A stretch of 64,000 nt of DNA. Source: Eledone cirrhosa (Eukaryota). The position numbers were made by a program, and so were the translations under genes. This document shows positions 32,337 through 47,251 of the stretch, piece by piece (positions within the stretch are counted from its first letter, which is position 1; each line of letters starts with the position of its first letter). Location of the stretch: contig OZ024751.1 of NCBI GenBank assembly GCA_964016885.1, positions 39,308,001 to 39,372,000 on the forward strand, written 5' to 3'. The notes under the pieces are model-generated. The model searched no databases. It was not told where the DNA came from and saw only the letters and a program-made list of their open reading frames with translations.

Positions 32337-32789
32337 TACATACTCTCTCTGTGTCTCTCACACACACACTCTCTATCTCTCCCTCCCTCTCCCCTTACCT
32401 CCTTCTCTCTCTCCCTCTTTCGCAATCTCTCTCCCTCTCTCCCTCACGTTCTTCTCTTCTATCACTCACACTCTCTTATCTCAAGCTCGTTTTCTTCAAC
32501 ATATCCTCATTCCTATTTTTTTCCATTATATAACTGGAAAGAACCTGAAACATGTGATATAACACATATACAACATTTTAAACCGAAATGTTAACAGGCT
32601 GAAAACCGTCCTGAAATTGTTTCGTCTCTTTTGAAGTGGTCTGTAATTGAGTATATTTTGTATTAGTAACGATATTACTATAGGTTAACAATATCTGAAA
32701 GACAGATATTCGCCTCTGCTGCTGTCATACTATTTCTGTCAACGCATATCTAATGTAGTTCGTTTTTCGTTGAAGCTGATTGGATTTCG

Positions 32790-32798
32790 TTTGTTGTT

Positions 32799-32830
<32 letters not shown>

Positions 32831-33506
32831 GGTGGTGGTGGTGGTGGTGGTGGTGGTGGTGGTGGTGTTGGTGGTGTTGTTAGTGGTGGTGGTGGTGGTG
32901 GTGGTGGTGGTGGTGGTGTTGTTAGTGGTGTTGTTGTTGTTGGTGGTGGTGGTGGTGGTGGTGGTGGTGGTGGTGGTGTTGTTGGTGGTGTTGTTAGTGG
33001 TGTTGTTGGTGGTGGTGGTGGTGGTGGTGGTGGTGGTGGTGGTGGTGGTGGTGGTGGTGGTGGTGTTGGTGGTGTTGTTAGTGGTGTTGTTGGTGGTGGT
33101 GGTGGTGGTGGTGGTGGTGGTGGTGGTGGTGGTGGTGGTGGTGGTATTGCTGTTAGTGTTGTTGTTGTTGTTGGTGGTGGTGTTGTTGTTGATGTTGTTG
33201 CTGTTGTTGTTGTTGTTTTTGGTGGTGGTGGTGGTGGTAGTGTTGTTGTTGCTGTTGCTGTTGTTGTTGGTGGTGGTGGTGGTGGTGGTGGTGGTGCTGC
33301 TGTTGCCGTTGTTGTTGTTGGTGGTGGTGGTGGTGGTGGTGGTGGTGGCGGTGGTGTTGCTGTTGCTGTTGTTGTTGTTGTTGTTGGTGGTCGTGGTCGT
33401 GGTGGTGGTGTTGTTGGTGGTCTTGTTGTTGTTGTCGTTGCTGTTGCTGTTGTTGTTGTTGCTGTTGTTGTTGTTATTGTTGTTGCTGTTGCTGTTTTTT
33501 TTTTCG

Positions 33507-33537
<31 letters not shown>

Positions 33538-33605
33538 GGTGTTGGTGGTTTTGTTGCTTTTGCTGTTGCTCTTGTGCGTGTTGTTGTTGCTATTGTTGTT
33601 GCGTT
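32790..33605. repeat. Compound (GGT)n/(GTT)n microsatellite
   Basis: Direct inspection. Confidence 0.95.
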
Positions 33606-34129
33606 TGACATGTGTGTATATGTGACGTGGGTGTGTTGTATATATATATATAGAGAGAGAGGTAGAGAGAGAGATGTGTTATATATATATATATATAGAG
33701 AGAGAGGTAGAGAGAGAGATGTTTGTGTGAGTGTGGTGTGTGTAAATGAGTTTATATGTGTGTGTGTGTGTTATGTGTAAATGTGTGTATATATGTGTGT
33801 GTAAGTGTTGTGTGTATATGCTGTGTGTTTACGTATGTAAATGTGTTTATATATGTGCATGTATGTGTTATATGTGTGTTGCTTACTCTTCTTATTCTCT
33901 GTCTTTCTATTTTTCGTTTATTTCCCATTCTATCTCCTGGTGAACGACTAGTGTCCGAAACGTACAGATTCTTTTACTACTATATCAAGCGTTAAACTAA
34001 TACATTTCTTCACTGTACTGTGCGTGCATTGCTTTGTTTTCCATTTACTTTCTGCATACAAACACATGTATGCAGAAAGTAAATATATCTCTCTCTCTCT
34101 CTCTCTCTCTCTCTTTATATATATATATA

Positions 34130-34732
34130 TGGTGGCTGCCAACTTGTTTTCGAGTACGGCCACTACTTTATATCCATGTAGGAGAACCCCTACCGATGCG
34201 CTGAACGAGTGTGACCTTTTAGTCCAGCCAGCAACTTGAAAACTCTGGTACAAACACTACAGTTGTGACAATTATTGACACATAGTGCTGGGCCCATGGT
34301 ACCATGTGACGACAAGTGCAAAGAGATCTCCAGATATAAAGCAATGCCTGTGCCGTGAACCTTTTATAGTGAGCAAAGGCACTGCACAAAGCCAGTCCCA
34401 CTCTCTTAACCAAGATGATATTTACCAAAAAGAAGAACTAGTCAACATCATTGGCTACCATCAGGGTTGCAGGTGTTATATCAGAGTTTTCCTTCTCCTA
34501 GAATTCTGCCTTGACTAAGGGATCATCTCTCCCGGTGATTTCGGATAGCCTTTGACTCATAAGAGCACCTTTGCCCTTTGACAGGTTTTGTTTTTAGTCC
34601 TGCAGGATGTCCAAAGTCACCCTCCTCACCAAGAAACGTTGGTGGGGTTGCCAGTTTAGTCGCCAACGACCCAACCAAGAGACAGGTTGTACTGGGATAC
34701 ATGTTACCAGTAGCACCAACTGGTGACCTGAC
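34130..34732 (-). mobile_element. ~600-bp non-autonomous interspersed repeat, copy 1 (possibly RTE-derived)
   Basis: Near-identical, same-orientation copy at 35950-36556 with the same boundaries. Flanked by microsatellites. Strand is inferred. Confidence 0.7.
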
Positions 34733-34766
34733 ATATATATATATATATATATGTATGCGCGATATA

Positions 34767-34838
<72 letters not shown>

Positions 34839-35262
34839 CATATATATGTATATATGTTGCTCAGTTTCTGTATATCGTTCGGCACGAGAGAGAGAAGAGA
34901 GAAGAGAGGAGGGGGATAAAGCAAGTGAGAGAAAGAAAGAGGAATAAGGAAGTAGTGGAATGAGAGAAATGGAATGAAAGTGCAAAGCTCATAATCATTC
35001 TGTAATTCCATTCTGGCTATTTATTATTCATATTCACTAAGTTGGATAACAACGTTAGAGATAAACAGTTCTTCGTCTGTTAAATTCATTAGCCACGTCG
35101 TCTGTTCTTAGCTTTATCGTCCTAGTGAACTGTCGGCTGACAAATGGAAGACGTAAGACACTCACACACACAGACTAATAAGCATACACACACAGGCTCA
35201 TACACACAGAGAGACTCATACTCTCTCACACAGACGTACACACACATATACACTAATAAACG

Positions 35263-35353
<91 letters not shown>

Positions 35354-35882
35354 GCATACATACTTACACACACACACATGTGCACGCAGCACACACATAT
35401 TTCTGATCGCTAGCTATGTTAATGTGACTATGTGATATGTATATATATGTTGAAACAAATACATGCAGACATAAATATATACATGCATACACACATATAT
35501 ACATGCATACATACATGCATACATACATACATACATACATACATACATACATACATACATACATACATACATACATACGTATACACATACATACATATGT
35601 ACATACATAAATACATACATACAGACATACATACATACATTTTGCATATACACATGCACAGATGCAAAGCATATACACATGCACACATACAACTCAAAAC
35701 ATACACATACACACATACAATAACATCCATATCTACACATGCATGCATACATATTCTACCTAGTTGGTGTTGTGTAAATTCCAATGAGAGAGTCTTGTGT
35801 CTATGTTAGAAACCGACTCTCTCTTTATTGGGAAAAAATTTGTGAAATTATAAAACCAGAAGAACATACATACGTACGTATA

Positions 35883-35913
<31 letters not shown>

Positions 35914-35949
35914 GTACATACATACATACATGTATATACATACATACAT

Positions 35950-36556
35950 GGTGGCTGCCAACTTGTTTTCTAGTACAGCCACTAATTATATCCATGTAGG
36001 AGAACCACTACCGAAGCGCTAAACGAGTGTGACTTTTTAGTCCAGCCAGCGACTTGAAAACTCTGGTGCAAACACGACACTTGTGACAATTATTGACACA
36101 TAGTGCTGGGCCTATGATACCATGGGATGACAAGTGCAGAGAGATCTCCAGATATAAAGCAATGCCTGTGCCGTGAAGCTTTTATAGTGAGCAAAGGCAC
36201 TGCACAAAGCCAGTCCCACTCTCTTAACCAAGATGATATTTACCAAAAAGAAGAATAAGTCAACATCATTGGATACCATCAGGGTTGCAGGTGTTATATC
36301 AGAGTTTTCCATCTCCTAGAATTCTGCCTTGACAAAGGCTAAGGGGTCATCTCTCCAGGTCATTTTGGATGGCCATTGACTCTTAAGAGCTCCTTTGCCC
36401 TTTGACAGGTTTTGTTTTTAGTCCTGCAGGATGTCCAAAGTCACCCACCTCACCAAGAAACCTTGGTAGGGTTGCCAGCTTAGTCGCCAACGACCCGACC
36501 ATGAGACAGGTTTTACTGGGATACATATTACCAGTAGCACCAACTGGTGACCTGAC
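35950..36556 (-). mobile_element. ~600-bp non-autonomous interspersed repeat, copy 2
   Basis: Matches 34130-34732 end to end and is embedded in (CATA)n. Confidence 0.7.
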
Positions 36557-36839
36557 ATACATACATACATACATACATACATACATACATACATACATGA
36601 ATATATGTACATATGTATGCATCTCTAGGTGTTTTTTATAAACAGACACTGTTTGTTTGAAAATGCAGTTATATAAACATAAAAAATCTTTCTCTGTCTG
36701 CAGAGAAAGTCTTCCATTTTGATTTCCTGGTATTTCCTGGTATATGGCGGTTTCTAAAATACCTGGAAATTGACAATAAGGCATAGGACGGTAGAGAGTG
36801 AGAGAGAGAGAGAGGGGGGGGGTGATTGTTTGATTTATT

Positions 36840-36891
<52 letters not shown>

Positions 36892-37168
36892 TCTTTATTT
36901 GCCACAATGGTGTCAAGAAATGAGACATTACAAGACGTAACGGCGGGGGTTTTACATAAAAATCGTATAAATGTTAACATTAATAAATAACAATAAACTA
37001 TATATTAAAAAAGTAACACTCGAAATCCCCAATAGGGGGGAATGGTGCTGCATGGTTGTTTTACACCCCGTAGAGAGAACAACCTTCAACACCAGGAGCA
37101 CGTATTGTAGGTGTTCCTGTCTTCGTTCTTTTTGTCTTCTTCAACCTACAGGTTTATATACAGAGAAG
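36892..37168 (-). mobile_element. Shorter copy (3' UTR only) of the same LINE
   Basis: Shares CGAAATCCCCAATAG, ACCCCGTAGA and TCAACCTACAGGTTTATATACAGAGAAG with 37249-37505. (GATA)n on both sides. Confidence 0.65.
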
Positions 37169-37248
37169 GATAGATAGATAGATAAATAAATAGATAGATT
37201 GATATATAGATAGATAGATACATTCATAAATTGATGTATAGATATATT

Positions 37249-37696
37249 TCTTTATTTTCCACAAGGGCGCATAAGAAAAGGGGACAATACAAAGATATAT
37301 GGCGTGGATTTTACATACAATCGTGTAAAGAATTTTAACATACAAATTCAACAATCGAAATCCCCAATAGTGGGGAAGCGTTACAAATGGGTTGCTTTAT
37401 ACCCCGTAGATAGAACAAACCCTCAACTCCATGAGCATGTTGTGCAAGTGCTCCTTTCTTCCTTTGGCTCTCCCTCTTCAACCTACAGGTTTATATACAG
37501 AGAAGACCCAATCACTCGGCCATTTTTGCCACATTCAGCCACCTTTCAGTAAATTTACTGGGGTGCAGTATCTCTCTCTCCACTCTGATTCTCCTTCTAA
37601 AGTGGTACCTAAAGAAGGGAATGAGTTGTTGCCCGGAGAGAAAGGCATCTGTCCTCAGTCCTCTCAACCTTGCCCACCATTTGTCCACCATATAAC

Positions 37697-37697
<1 letters not shown>
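37249..37697 (-). mobile_element. 5'-truncated Tx1/L1-type LINE 3' end in (GATA)n
   Basis: WWARLRG...FFRYHFRRRIRVERE...FTERW resembles a Tx1/L1 ORF2 C-terminus. The 3' UTR ends in AATAAA plus (GATA/TATC)n. Confidence 0.65.
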
Positions 37698-37768
<71 letters not shown>

Positions 37769-38160
37769 TGATTGATTTATAGATAGATAGATAGATAGAT
37801 AGATAGATTGATAGACCAAGAGAGAAAGAGATTGATAGATAGACCAAGAGATATGGAGAGATACGGAGATATACGGAGAGAGAGAAGCAGGCATGTAGAG
37901 ATAAAATGTGAAAGAGATATAGAATCCTATAAGAGAATCATTGTAAGAAGACATATCTAAGAGTGTTTGGTCCTGTTAGTCAGCTTCAAGTCAAGAAACC
38001 TGCCCCAAGCGTCATCAACTCTTCAGATCTTCAGATGTTCTCAGTTGGAACATAGCCAGACATTTTATTTATTTTATAGTAGTTTTCTTGTTTTCTTTTG
38101 TTTTATTTATTCATTTATTTCTAACGTTGTTTTTTTATTTTATTCATATTTTGTTTTATA

Positions 38161-38740
38161 TATACAGAGTGTCCCCAAAAATATGTATACACACATTTAT
38201 TAGTATGTTGTATTAAAGTGTGTATACATTTTTGGGGACACCCTATATATTTATTTATCTATTACTTTATATTTTACCTTATTTTATATACACAGAGTGT
38301 TCCAAAAAATGTATACATATATTTATTAGAATGCTGTATTAAAGTGTGTATAATTTTTTTGGAGACACCCTGTATATTTATTTATTAAATTATATTTTAC
38401 CTTCTTTTATATACACAGTGTTCCCAAAAATGCATACATATATTTCTTTGAACGCTGTATTGAAATGTGTATACATTTTGGGGGACACCCTATATATTTA
38501 TTTATTACTTTATATTTTATCTTCTTTTATATACACAGTGTAACCAAAAAATGTATACATATATTTATTAGAATACTTTATTGAAGTGTGTATACATTTT
38601 TGGGGACATCCTATATATATATTTATTACTTTATATTATACCTTATTTTATATATACACAATGTTCCAAAAAAATGCATACACATATTTATTTCAATGCT
38701 GTATTAAAGTGTATATACATTTATTTGGGACACCCTATAT
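38161..38740. repeat. Five tandem ~120-bp units, each containing an ~85-bp palindromic Tc1/mariner-type MITE
   Basis: TA-CAGAGTGTCCCCAAAAA...TTTTTGGGGACACCCT(G/A)-TA is repeated with an AT-rich spacer. Confidence 0.7.
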
Positions 38741-39029
38741 AATTATTTATTACGTTATATGTTATTTTATTTTATATTTTTATTTTAAAATTAGGAAAAC
38801 TTTATTTGTTTATTTCTTATTAAATTTTATTTATTTATTCAAACGTTTCTCTTTTTATTCTTCATTTATTTATTCATCTCTTTATTTTATTTTATTTTAT
38901 TTCACTTTATTTTATTTTATTTTATTTTATTTCACTTTATTTTATTTTATTTTATTTTATTTCACTTTATTTTATTTTATTTTATTTTATTTCACTTTAT
39001 TTTATTTTATTGTTATTATTGTTGTTATA

Positions 39030-39232
39030 GCAGTGTAAGGAGAGGGTCGGACACCATGTTTTGCAGCAAAGAGTTACGGCCCCTTATGGTCTGAGTTCAA
39101 ATCCCGCTGAGGTTAACTTTGCCTTTCATCCTGACGGGGTCGATAAAATAAAGTACTAGTCGCGCACTGGGGTCGATTTAATTGATTTACCCCTTCCCCA
39201 AATTGCTGGCCTTGTGCCTATATAAGAAACAC

Positions 39233-39283
<51 letters not shown>

Positions 39284-39480
39284 GCGGTGAATTGGCAGTA
39301 TCGATAGAGGGTGGGACGCCATGCTTTTCACCATAGTTACGTCCCTTTACGGTCTGCATTCAAATCCCGCCGAGGTTAACTTTGCCTTTAATCCTTACGG
39401 GGTCGATAAAATAAAGTACCAGTAATGTACTGGGTAATTGCTCGCCTTGTGCCAAAAGTAGAAACAATTATTATTATTAT
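39030..39480 (+). mobile_element. Two tandem family A SINEs (long then short variant) separated by (ATT)n
   Basis: Core motif at about 39121 and about 39384. Confidence 0.85.
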
Positions 39481-39954
39481 CATTATCAAATTGAAATTTC
39501 TCTCCATTTAACTGTTCAAATGTGATGTTTAGTCCTGCTGGGTTTTTTTTTTAAATTCATTTATTTGACTTGGCTTTGTTGATTGTTTTTGCTGTTTTAT
39601 CTTTCTGTTTTAGTGAAAAGACATGTTATTTTATAGTAAATTTCTGTAGCGTTAAATGGGGCTCAACATTGGTGGTGGTGGTGGTGGTGGTGGTGGTGGT
39701 GGTGGTGGTGGCGGAGGTAGTGGTGGTGGTGGTGGTATTGTTGGTGTTGTTTTATTTTCAGTAGTCTTTTTTTTAATCTTTCTTTCCTCGTGGTTGTTGT
39801 TTACGAAGTCTAAAACTCAGTTGGATACTACTCACTATATGGTGAAACTTGTTGCAGTTAGTGTATATAGACACATACGCACATACATATATATATACAT
39901 ACACACATACACACACTCACACACAAATATGTATATATATATATATATAAATAC

Positions 39955-40152
<198 letters not shown>

Positions 40153-40544
40153 GGGGGCGAGAGACGAGAGAGAGGGATAGAGCGTGAGAGAGAGAGAGAA
40201 AAAGGGGGTGTGAAGATAGAAATATGGAAATATGTTTGAGGTCGTAAGACCAAAAAATGACAGTCCCGAAAGCACATAAGAAAGAATGTTAAAAGTAACG
40301 AAATACGAGAACGACGGTGACAGCATGTGAAACTGTCCAAACCGCAAGAAATACAATAAAAACACACAAGAAGACGTTCTTAAAAGACAATTTATTCATA
40401 GTTTTATCTTTGTTTACCATTATTGAGATAATAGCCGTTTGGAAATTTGTTCGAGACCCACGAGATACAGCAGACTTATGAATGTTTAGTGTAGGCCCTA
40501 GTCAGGTTTCAATTCAGAGCGTAATATTAGGGAAATATAATTTC

Positions 40545-40985
40545 TTATTTTATCTACAAAGCCAGAAAATATTGGCAGAACTTCAAAGCTGATTAATCCA
40601 GCCCTGGTACATTACTGGTACTTTATTTCATCGACATCTGGAACAAAGAAAGGCAAATATGACCTCGGTGAGATTTTAACTCGAATGTAGAAAAACAGAT
40701 GAAATGATGCAAAGACATTTTATCCGTCGCTCTACCGATTCTGCCAATCTTCCAGCCTTATATCTGAGTAGAAATATTGATTTTTAATATTAGCCGCAAG
40801 GCCTACAAACATTGAGTGAAGCGTAAAGTTGATTAAATCAACTCCCAGTATTTGATTGGGACTTTATTTTACCCACCAAATCTAAGTTGACCTGAATAGG
40901 ATTTTAAATTTGAATGCAAAGAACCAGAAGAAATACCACAATGCTATTTAATCCGACGCTCTGCCGATTACGCTAATCCACCACC
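40545..40985 (-). mobile_element. Two degenerate family A SINEs
   Basis: CTGGTACTTTATTT...CTCTACCGATTCTGCCAATC-like motifs occur twice. Confidence 0.6.
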
Positions 40986-41306
40986 ATTGATATAAGGAAA
41001 ATATTAGACGAAGTAGATATCTAAATTGTATCTGACTCACTGGTATCCCAAGAGTTCAAAAAACTTTTCCTATGATATTCTACATAAATGGTGCTACATT
41101 TGATGAATGCCATGAATATAGTATTGATAATGGAACAATGGAGGAAATTGATCTTTCTGAATTAAACAATATTGTTGTAAATCAAATATGGCGTCGTCTA
41201 CCTGGCGTTAAAACAACAACAAGAAAAAATACAGAAATAATACACATATGCACATATATACAAAAGCAAATGAAAATATAGACACATATATACATCTCTC
41301 TCTTCC

Positions 41307-41346
<40 letters not shown>

Positions 41347-42299
41347 TAGAGAGAGAGAGGGGGAGAGAGAGAGAGAGAGAGAGATATATATATATATATA
41401 TGCATATATATATATGTTTGTGTGTGTGTGTTAACTATAAAAATCAACTAATATTTTTAATAATGACACACACATTGAAAATAATTTAGAGAGATAGAGA
41501 AGATGATACATAAATGAATGACAGTCGGAAAGTTCCAGAATCACAGAGCAGAAGAAGTCTTATGATTAATAGCATAAGACAATTGCCATAAGTAATATCT
41601 GGCATCAAGAGGATTGGCCAGACGTAGAAATCTCTGAGGATTCCTAACAATAATATTAAGGTTTTACTAAGGAGTTATTATTCTTTTTAATAGCCTTTAT
41701 GTTTCACATGGTATGACATTATCAGGAACATATTTAACACAACTATATTTTCCCTACGGTCTTAGTTTATCATCTTTACTTGTGGCCATTGGTTTGCAAT
41801 TAATTCTATCTCAAATGGAGCGGTGTTGGTTTGGTTCGGAGCCAGTGTAGAGTCCGCTGGTTGGGGGAGAGGAATCAGTTGAGGAGAGCTGGTGGTGGGT
41901 CGTGGGGCTTCTTTGGAGACGGTGTAGAGCCAGTAGGGTGGGGAGCAGGATGATAAAACACAACCATACCTCCTCGCCAGCAGGCTGGTGAGGAGGTATT
42001 GCAATGTATCTGCTCAACCCTACCAACCTCTGATTGATCATTGCTTAACTCTAATAATACTTTAGTTTTAAAGACGCTTCTTTAGCTTTGTGGACACACA
42101 CACATACACAAAACATACATGTATTCATATACATATATATATATATAAGTGTGTAGGGGTGTATATATATATATATATATATATAGGTGTGTGTATGTGT
42201 AAACATATGTACGTACATATAGATAAATACATCATTATATTTATACATTTGCATAATAAATATTACTACATATGTCTATACATTTATAGTAATATAATG

Positions 42300-42330
<31 letters not shown>

Positions 42331-43116
42331 TATATAGTGTCTATTTTTTTCCTTTAATTCCCTTTCCTTTAATAAATCACTATATAATACATTAAATGTA
42401 ATTTTACATCCATTTCACAATAAATTTAATTTTTCGGGTTTTTATATTTCAATTATGTTCCTTAAAACACAAGTAAACAAAAAGAGACGGAAATGTTATA
42501 ATACTTCCGTAAATCACGATAATTACATCTTTTCAATAGTCTTTTTCATGTTTTTATTTTGTTAATTTTACGCTGATATACAAAAATATTTCAAATATTA
42601 CTGCTTCCTCATTTAATAAAATATTTTACTCTCAATTGCTCACTTCCTCCAAAGTGTTTTCAAATAATTGCCAATTTCTCACCTTACATCATATTTTTGA
42701 TTCATTCATTAGCACTAAATTAATTACTAAAAATGTATTGTATTTTATTTTTATTTTTATTTATAGTAAAGCTTTAAAATTCATTTTTTTTTTTTAAATC
42801 TACTTCTTTTAGAAACGATGATGCCACGCAGACATTAGCCTGTGGACAATCTCTGAAATCATACAGGCAGAACGATTATATATTATGAATATACAGGATG
42901 AACAAAAATTCCTGTAGCAGAAAAATGAAGAAATTATTTATTGTTTCGTTTGCTTATTTAAATTACTTTATAGAAAATATTCTTTTTTAATAGCATTGTT
43001 GAATAGATAGGAAATTTCCTCGGCCGGGATCTTTGCGCAAGTGTCTTCTAATATAACGTACGGTAGACGAATGCCTTGGGACTGGAATTTGGTAGGCAGA
43101 AATTGTAGAAGCTTGT

Positions 43117-43174
<58 letters not shown>

Positions 43175-44774
43175 GTAACTTGTATTCCTGCGTTGTTGTT
43201 GTTTTTTACTTTCCTATATATATATATACGAAAAAGTTATACAATAGTTCCCTCTTACATATTAAAAGTAATCCCGTTCTATATGCTGTGACGTATATTT
43301 AGTATTTGGGTGATTTGAGGCGACTCAGCATCATGGACAACAGCGCAGCATAACACTTAAGTAGATACAAACTATTTTTGTTTCTAAAAGCAGATGGATA
43401 TATTACGAACTCGGCCAATTACATCCTTTACCAAGATTGCTAACTTATCCGAATTTGTAATTTAACAATATTTTCTAAGGGTAAATTTAAGGGTATATGA
43501 GAAACATGGAAATAACTCAACATTATGCTCTGATATTTTCACTGGATAGATTAAATATAGATTGATAGAATGTCTGACAGAGAGAGTGAGTAGGCGAGAG
43601 TGAATGAGAAGGAAGACGGAGAAGAGAGACGGAAAAAGAGAAAAGAGAACGAAGAATGCAATATTGAAGATATCTCTAGAAAAGACAGTCTTTTGAAACG
43701 GTATGTGTGTGTATTTTAAGAGTGTAATAACTTCGCATTACTTCACCGATATTTTCAGACGATAATAAACTTTCATTTTCTGTTTTCGTGTTTGGAAATA
43801 CTGTTCAAATCAGAATATAAGCAGATATGTTTGTGCACGCATGCGCATGCAGACGATGAAAAATTCTATTTCGCCTCTTGTTGATTCGAGTCAATATATA
43901 ATATAGCAAGTATATAACGCTCTCTCTTCTCTGTAAAATGTTAGGGGAAAGTGTTGTGTATATAGCTAGCGGGTTGCAAAATGGACGCTACAGTAGAATC
44001 CCATTTGTGGCAGCAAGCAGTGTTTACTAAACTGCTGCCGGCTTTGTTTGGTCATCCATGTATTGACATCTTGATGAAAATGAAGTTGAACAGAGAAGAA
44101 AGCTTCGCCGCACTGCTAAAACTAAAAAGAATCATGCCTTCTGGGTATATTATAGCCAATGTGTGCTCTCTGTAAATATGGAAGTAATCTTTAGAAGTGC
44201 CGGAACTAACAAGTAGTTTGATAAATGATTTGATTACACTAATGCCATCCCAGGGAAGAAATTAGAATGAAGCCAAAAACAATGAAGAAACTACAGGAAT
44301 CTGTTTCCAAGAGAAATCAGGCTACAAACGAGAAAATTATTCCAATATGATAATTGTGAGAAATATGATAAAAGTGTTCAACATCTTTATCGTTACTACA
44401 GTCCGAGTTTTTTTATTATTTTTATTTTTATTTGTTTCGTTTCTTATACAAGAGATACTGTCTCAAATCTGACACAATCCACTTCCACCCTAAACTATGT
44501 AACTTCAGTTTGAGTGGTAAGGGTGCCACAGTGACATGCAGTGTGTCTCCGGTATTTTAAACCTAGCGGAACTCATCCACTATCCGGGTTTGAAAACGTC
44601 CGAGCTCTACCTGAAGAGGAGAGAGAATGATAAAGGGGAAGTAAGAAATATACATAGAGGAAACATCGACCCGAGTACTGGACTGATACTTTTCCATTGA
44701 TGTCGAAAAGATAAAAGGTAACATTGGCGATGACGGGCTTTGACCTCAGAGGAGCTCAGAGATCCGGAACTAAT

Positions 44775-45054
44775 AATGGTTTCTGATTTAGGCACAAATC
44801 CAACAGCCAGTACATTACTGGTACCTTATTTTATCAACCTCGTAGGGATGAGAGACGAAACTAATAATTGTTTCTACTTTTTGGCACAAGGCCAGCAATT
44901 ACCCAGTGCATTACTGGTACTTTATTTTATCGACCCCGTAAGGATGAAAGGCAAAGTTAACCTCGGCAGGATTTGAACATAGATTGGAAAGGGCCGTAAC
45001 TCTATGCGTCAAAGCATAGCGTCCGACCCTCTACCGATACTGCCAATCCACCGC
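44775..45054 (-). mobile_element. Family A SINE (full copy 44865-45054) plus a partial copy
   Basis: Reverse complement of 57074-57262. Confidence 0.85.
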
Positions 45055-45940
45055 TCTTAGAGCCGAAACTAATAATGCAAAGTATTCTATCTCATATTCC
45101 AACGACTCTGATAATTCACCACCTACACCATAAATTATAAATAGCTATAAAACAGAGCAACAAAATCTGCTGTTTCAGACTTGTTTTGGTATTATTTCCC
45201 TCCAGCTGTTCCTATTTGAAACACGTCGACTGTGGCAAGTAATCCTCTGCTAACATAGCAGCCAAACTCCTTCAAATCATAGCCTACAATCTTATAAAAT
45301 GGACACATTGAATAATATAATTTTGTAAAAGGAGAAAGAAATGGGTTGTGACCTATACTAGAATGTCTTTTATTATAAACCAGTTTATTTGGCGGGGTTG
45401 TTTTACCCCTAATTTACCAGCAATATATCTTGAAATATTCTCATGATTAGATATTACCAATTTTCTGGTATTTCGATAATGCAAATAAAAAGAAAAGGTT
45501 TTAGAGAATATTTTTTTTTTAATCAGTATTAATTCATTTTTTATTCTTATGTTACAATAAATAAGAGTGTTTGAAAGGCCATAAATAAATATAAACTAAA
45601 AAAAAGAAGAAAAAAAGAAAGACAAAGAAAGAAATGATATGACAAACTTAAAAGGAAAGAAATGAAATATATGAAGGCGAGAAAATAAATAAATTAGAAG
45701 GTAAAAGAACTGGAAAAAAATATATAAAATAAAAAAAGTAATAAAGAAATTGAGGTAAATTTGGTAAAATAATGAAATAGAGAAAATAGTAAGTACGAAG
45801 AATGTTATAGAGTGTGAGAGAGAGGGTTATAGATAGATAGAGAGAGAGGGTTATAGATAGATAGAGAGAGAGGGTTATAGATAGATAGAGAGAGAGGGGT
45901 GGAGAGAGAGTTATAGATAGATAGATAGATAACTTTCTTT

Positions 45941-45993
<53 letters not shown>

Positions 45994-46055
45994 ACAGATA
46001 GATAGATAGAGAGAGATATATATATAAGGAGATAGATAGATAGGTATATAGATAG

Positions 46056-46096
<41 letters not shown>

Positions 46097-46638
46097 TGGG
46101 GAGATAGATAGATAGATAAATAGACACATACATACATACATAAATACAAACATACATAAATATAAACATACATACATACATAAATATAAACATACATACA
46201 TACATACATAAATATAAACATACATACATACATAAATATAAACATACATACATACATACTTACATACATACAAACATATACATACATACAATATTGGTCG
46301 GTTTCATATTTAAACTAGACAAATATTGAAATTATCAGATCAAACATCATAACTATAGTTAAACAAAAATAAGAAAATGGACATTTCCCCCCGATCGAAT
46401 AACTGGAGCAAAAAATATAACTCTCAGAAGAAAGAAATAAACTTAGTTTAAGAATTATCAACTTCAAAGACAAAACCCAAAATATTTCTGAAAAGGAAGA
46501 TGGGTGTGTGGTATAAAATTCTTTTAAAGATAAACAAATGAACCATCTAAAAATTTATATTAACGTATTGTATTTCTCTTGTTGGCATTGCTTATATTAT
46601 TATTATTAGTAGTCGTATTATTATTAGTATTATCATTT

Positions 46639-46683
<45 letters not shown>

Positions 46684-46695
46684 TCATTATTATTA

Positions 46696-46742
<47 letters not shown>

Positions 46743-47020
46743 TTATTTGTTTCTATTATTGTTGTTATCATTGTTATGAATGTCTTGTTTGTTAGTATGT
46801 TTCTTTTCTTTTTTTTTTTGTACTTTTTAATGACTTAGTCGCAGACAAATCTCTTGGTGGTTCAATAAATATCGCCAGTGCAACCAGTCATCTCTTAACC
46901 ACCGTCAGGCTCCCTAAGGGTATGACCTGCATATTCACCAAGACTATCCAATTATTTCCAATCTCTCCTAGAAAGAAGAAATGCGATAAGTGCTATAAGT
47001 TAGCATTGCATTTCTTTGAA

Positions 47021-47051
<31 letters not shown>

Positions 47052-47073
47052 CCACACACGAGCACACACATAC

Positions 47074-47251
<178 letters not shown>

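Noticed and set aside
33932-33969. HHR-like CTGGTGA...GAAACGTA
   Set aside because: The core is mutated and stem I is mismatched next to the core, so it is at best a decayed copy.
41072-41281. 69-aa non-repetitive ORF
   Set aside because: There is no recognisable homology or clear exon boundaries.
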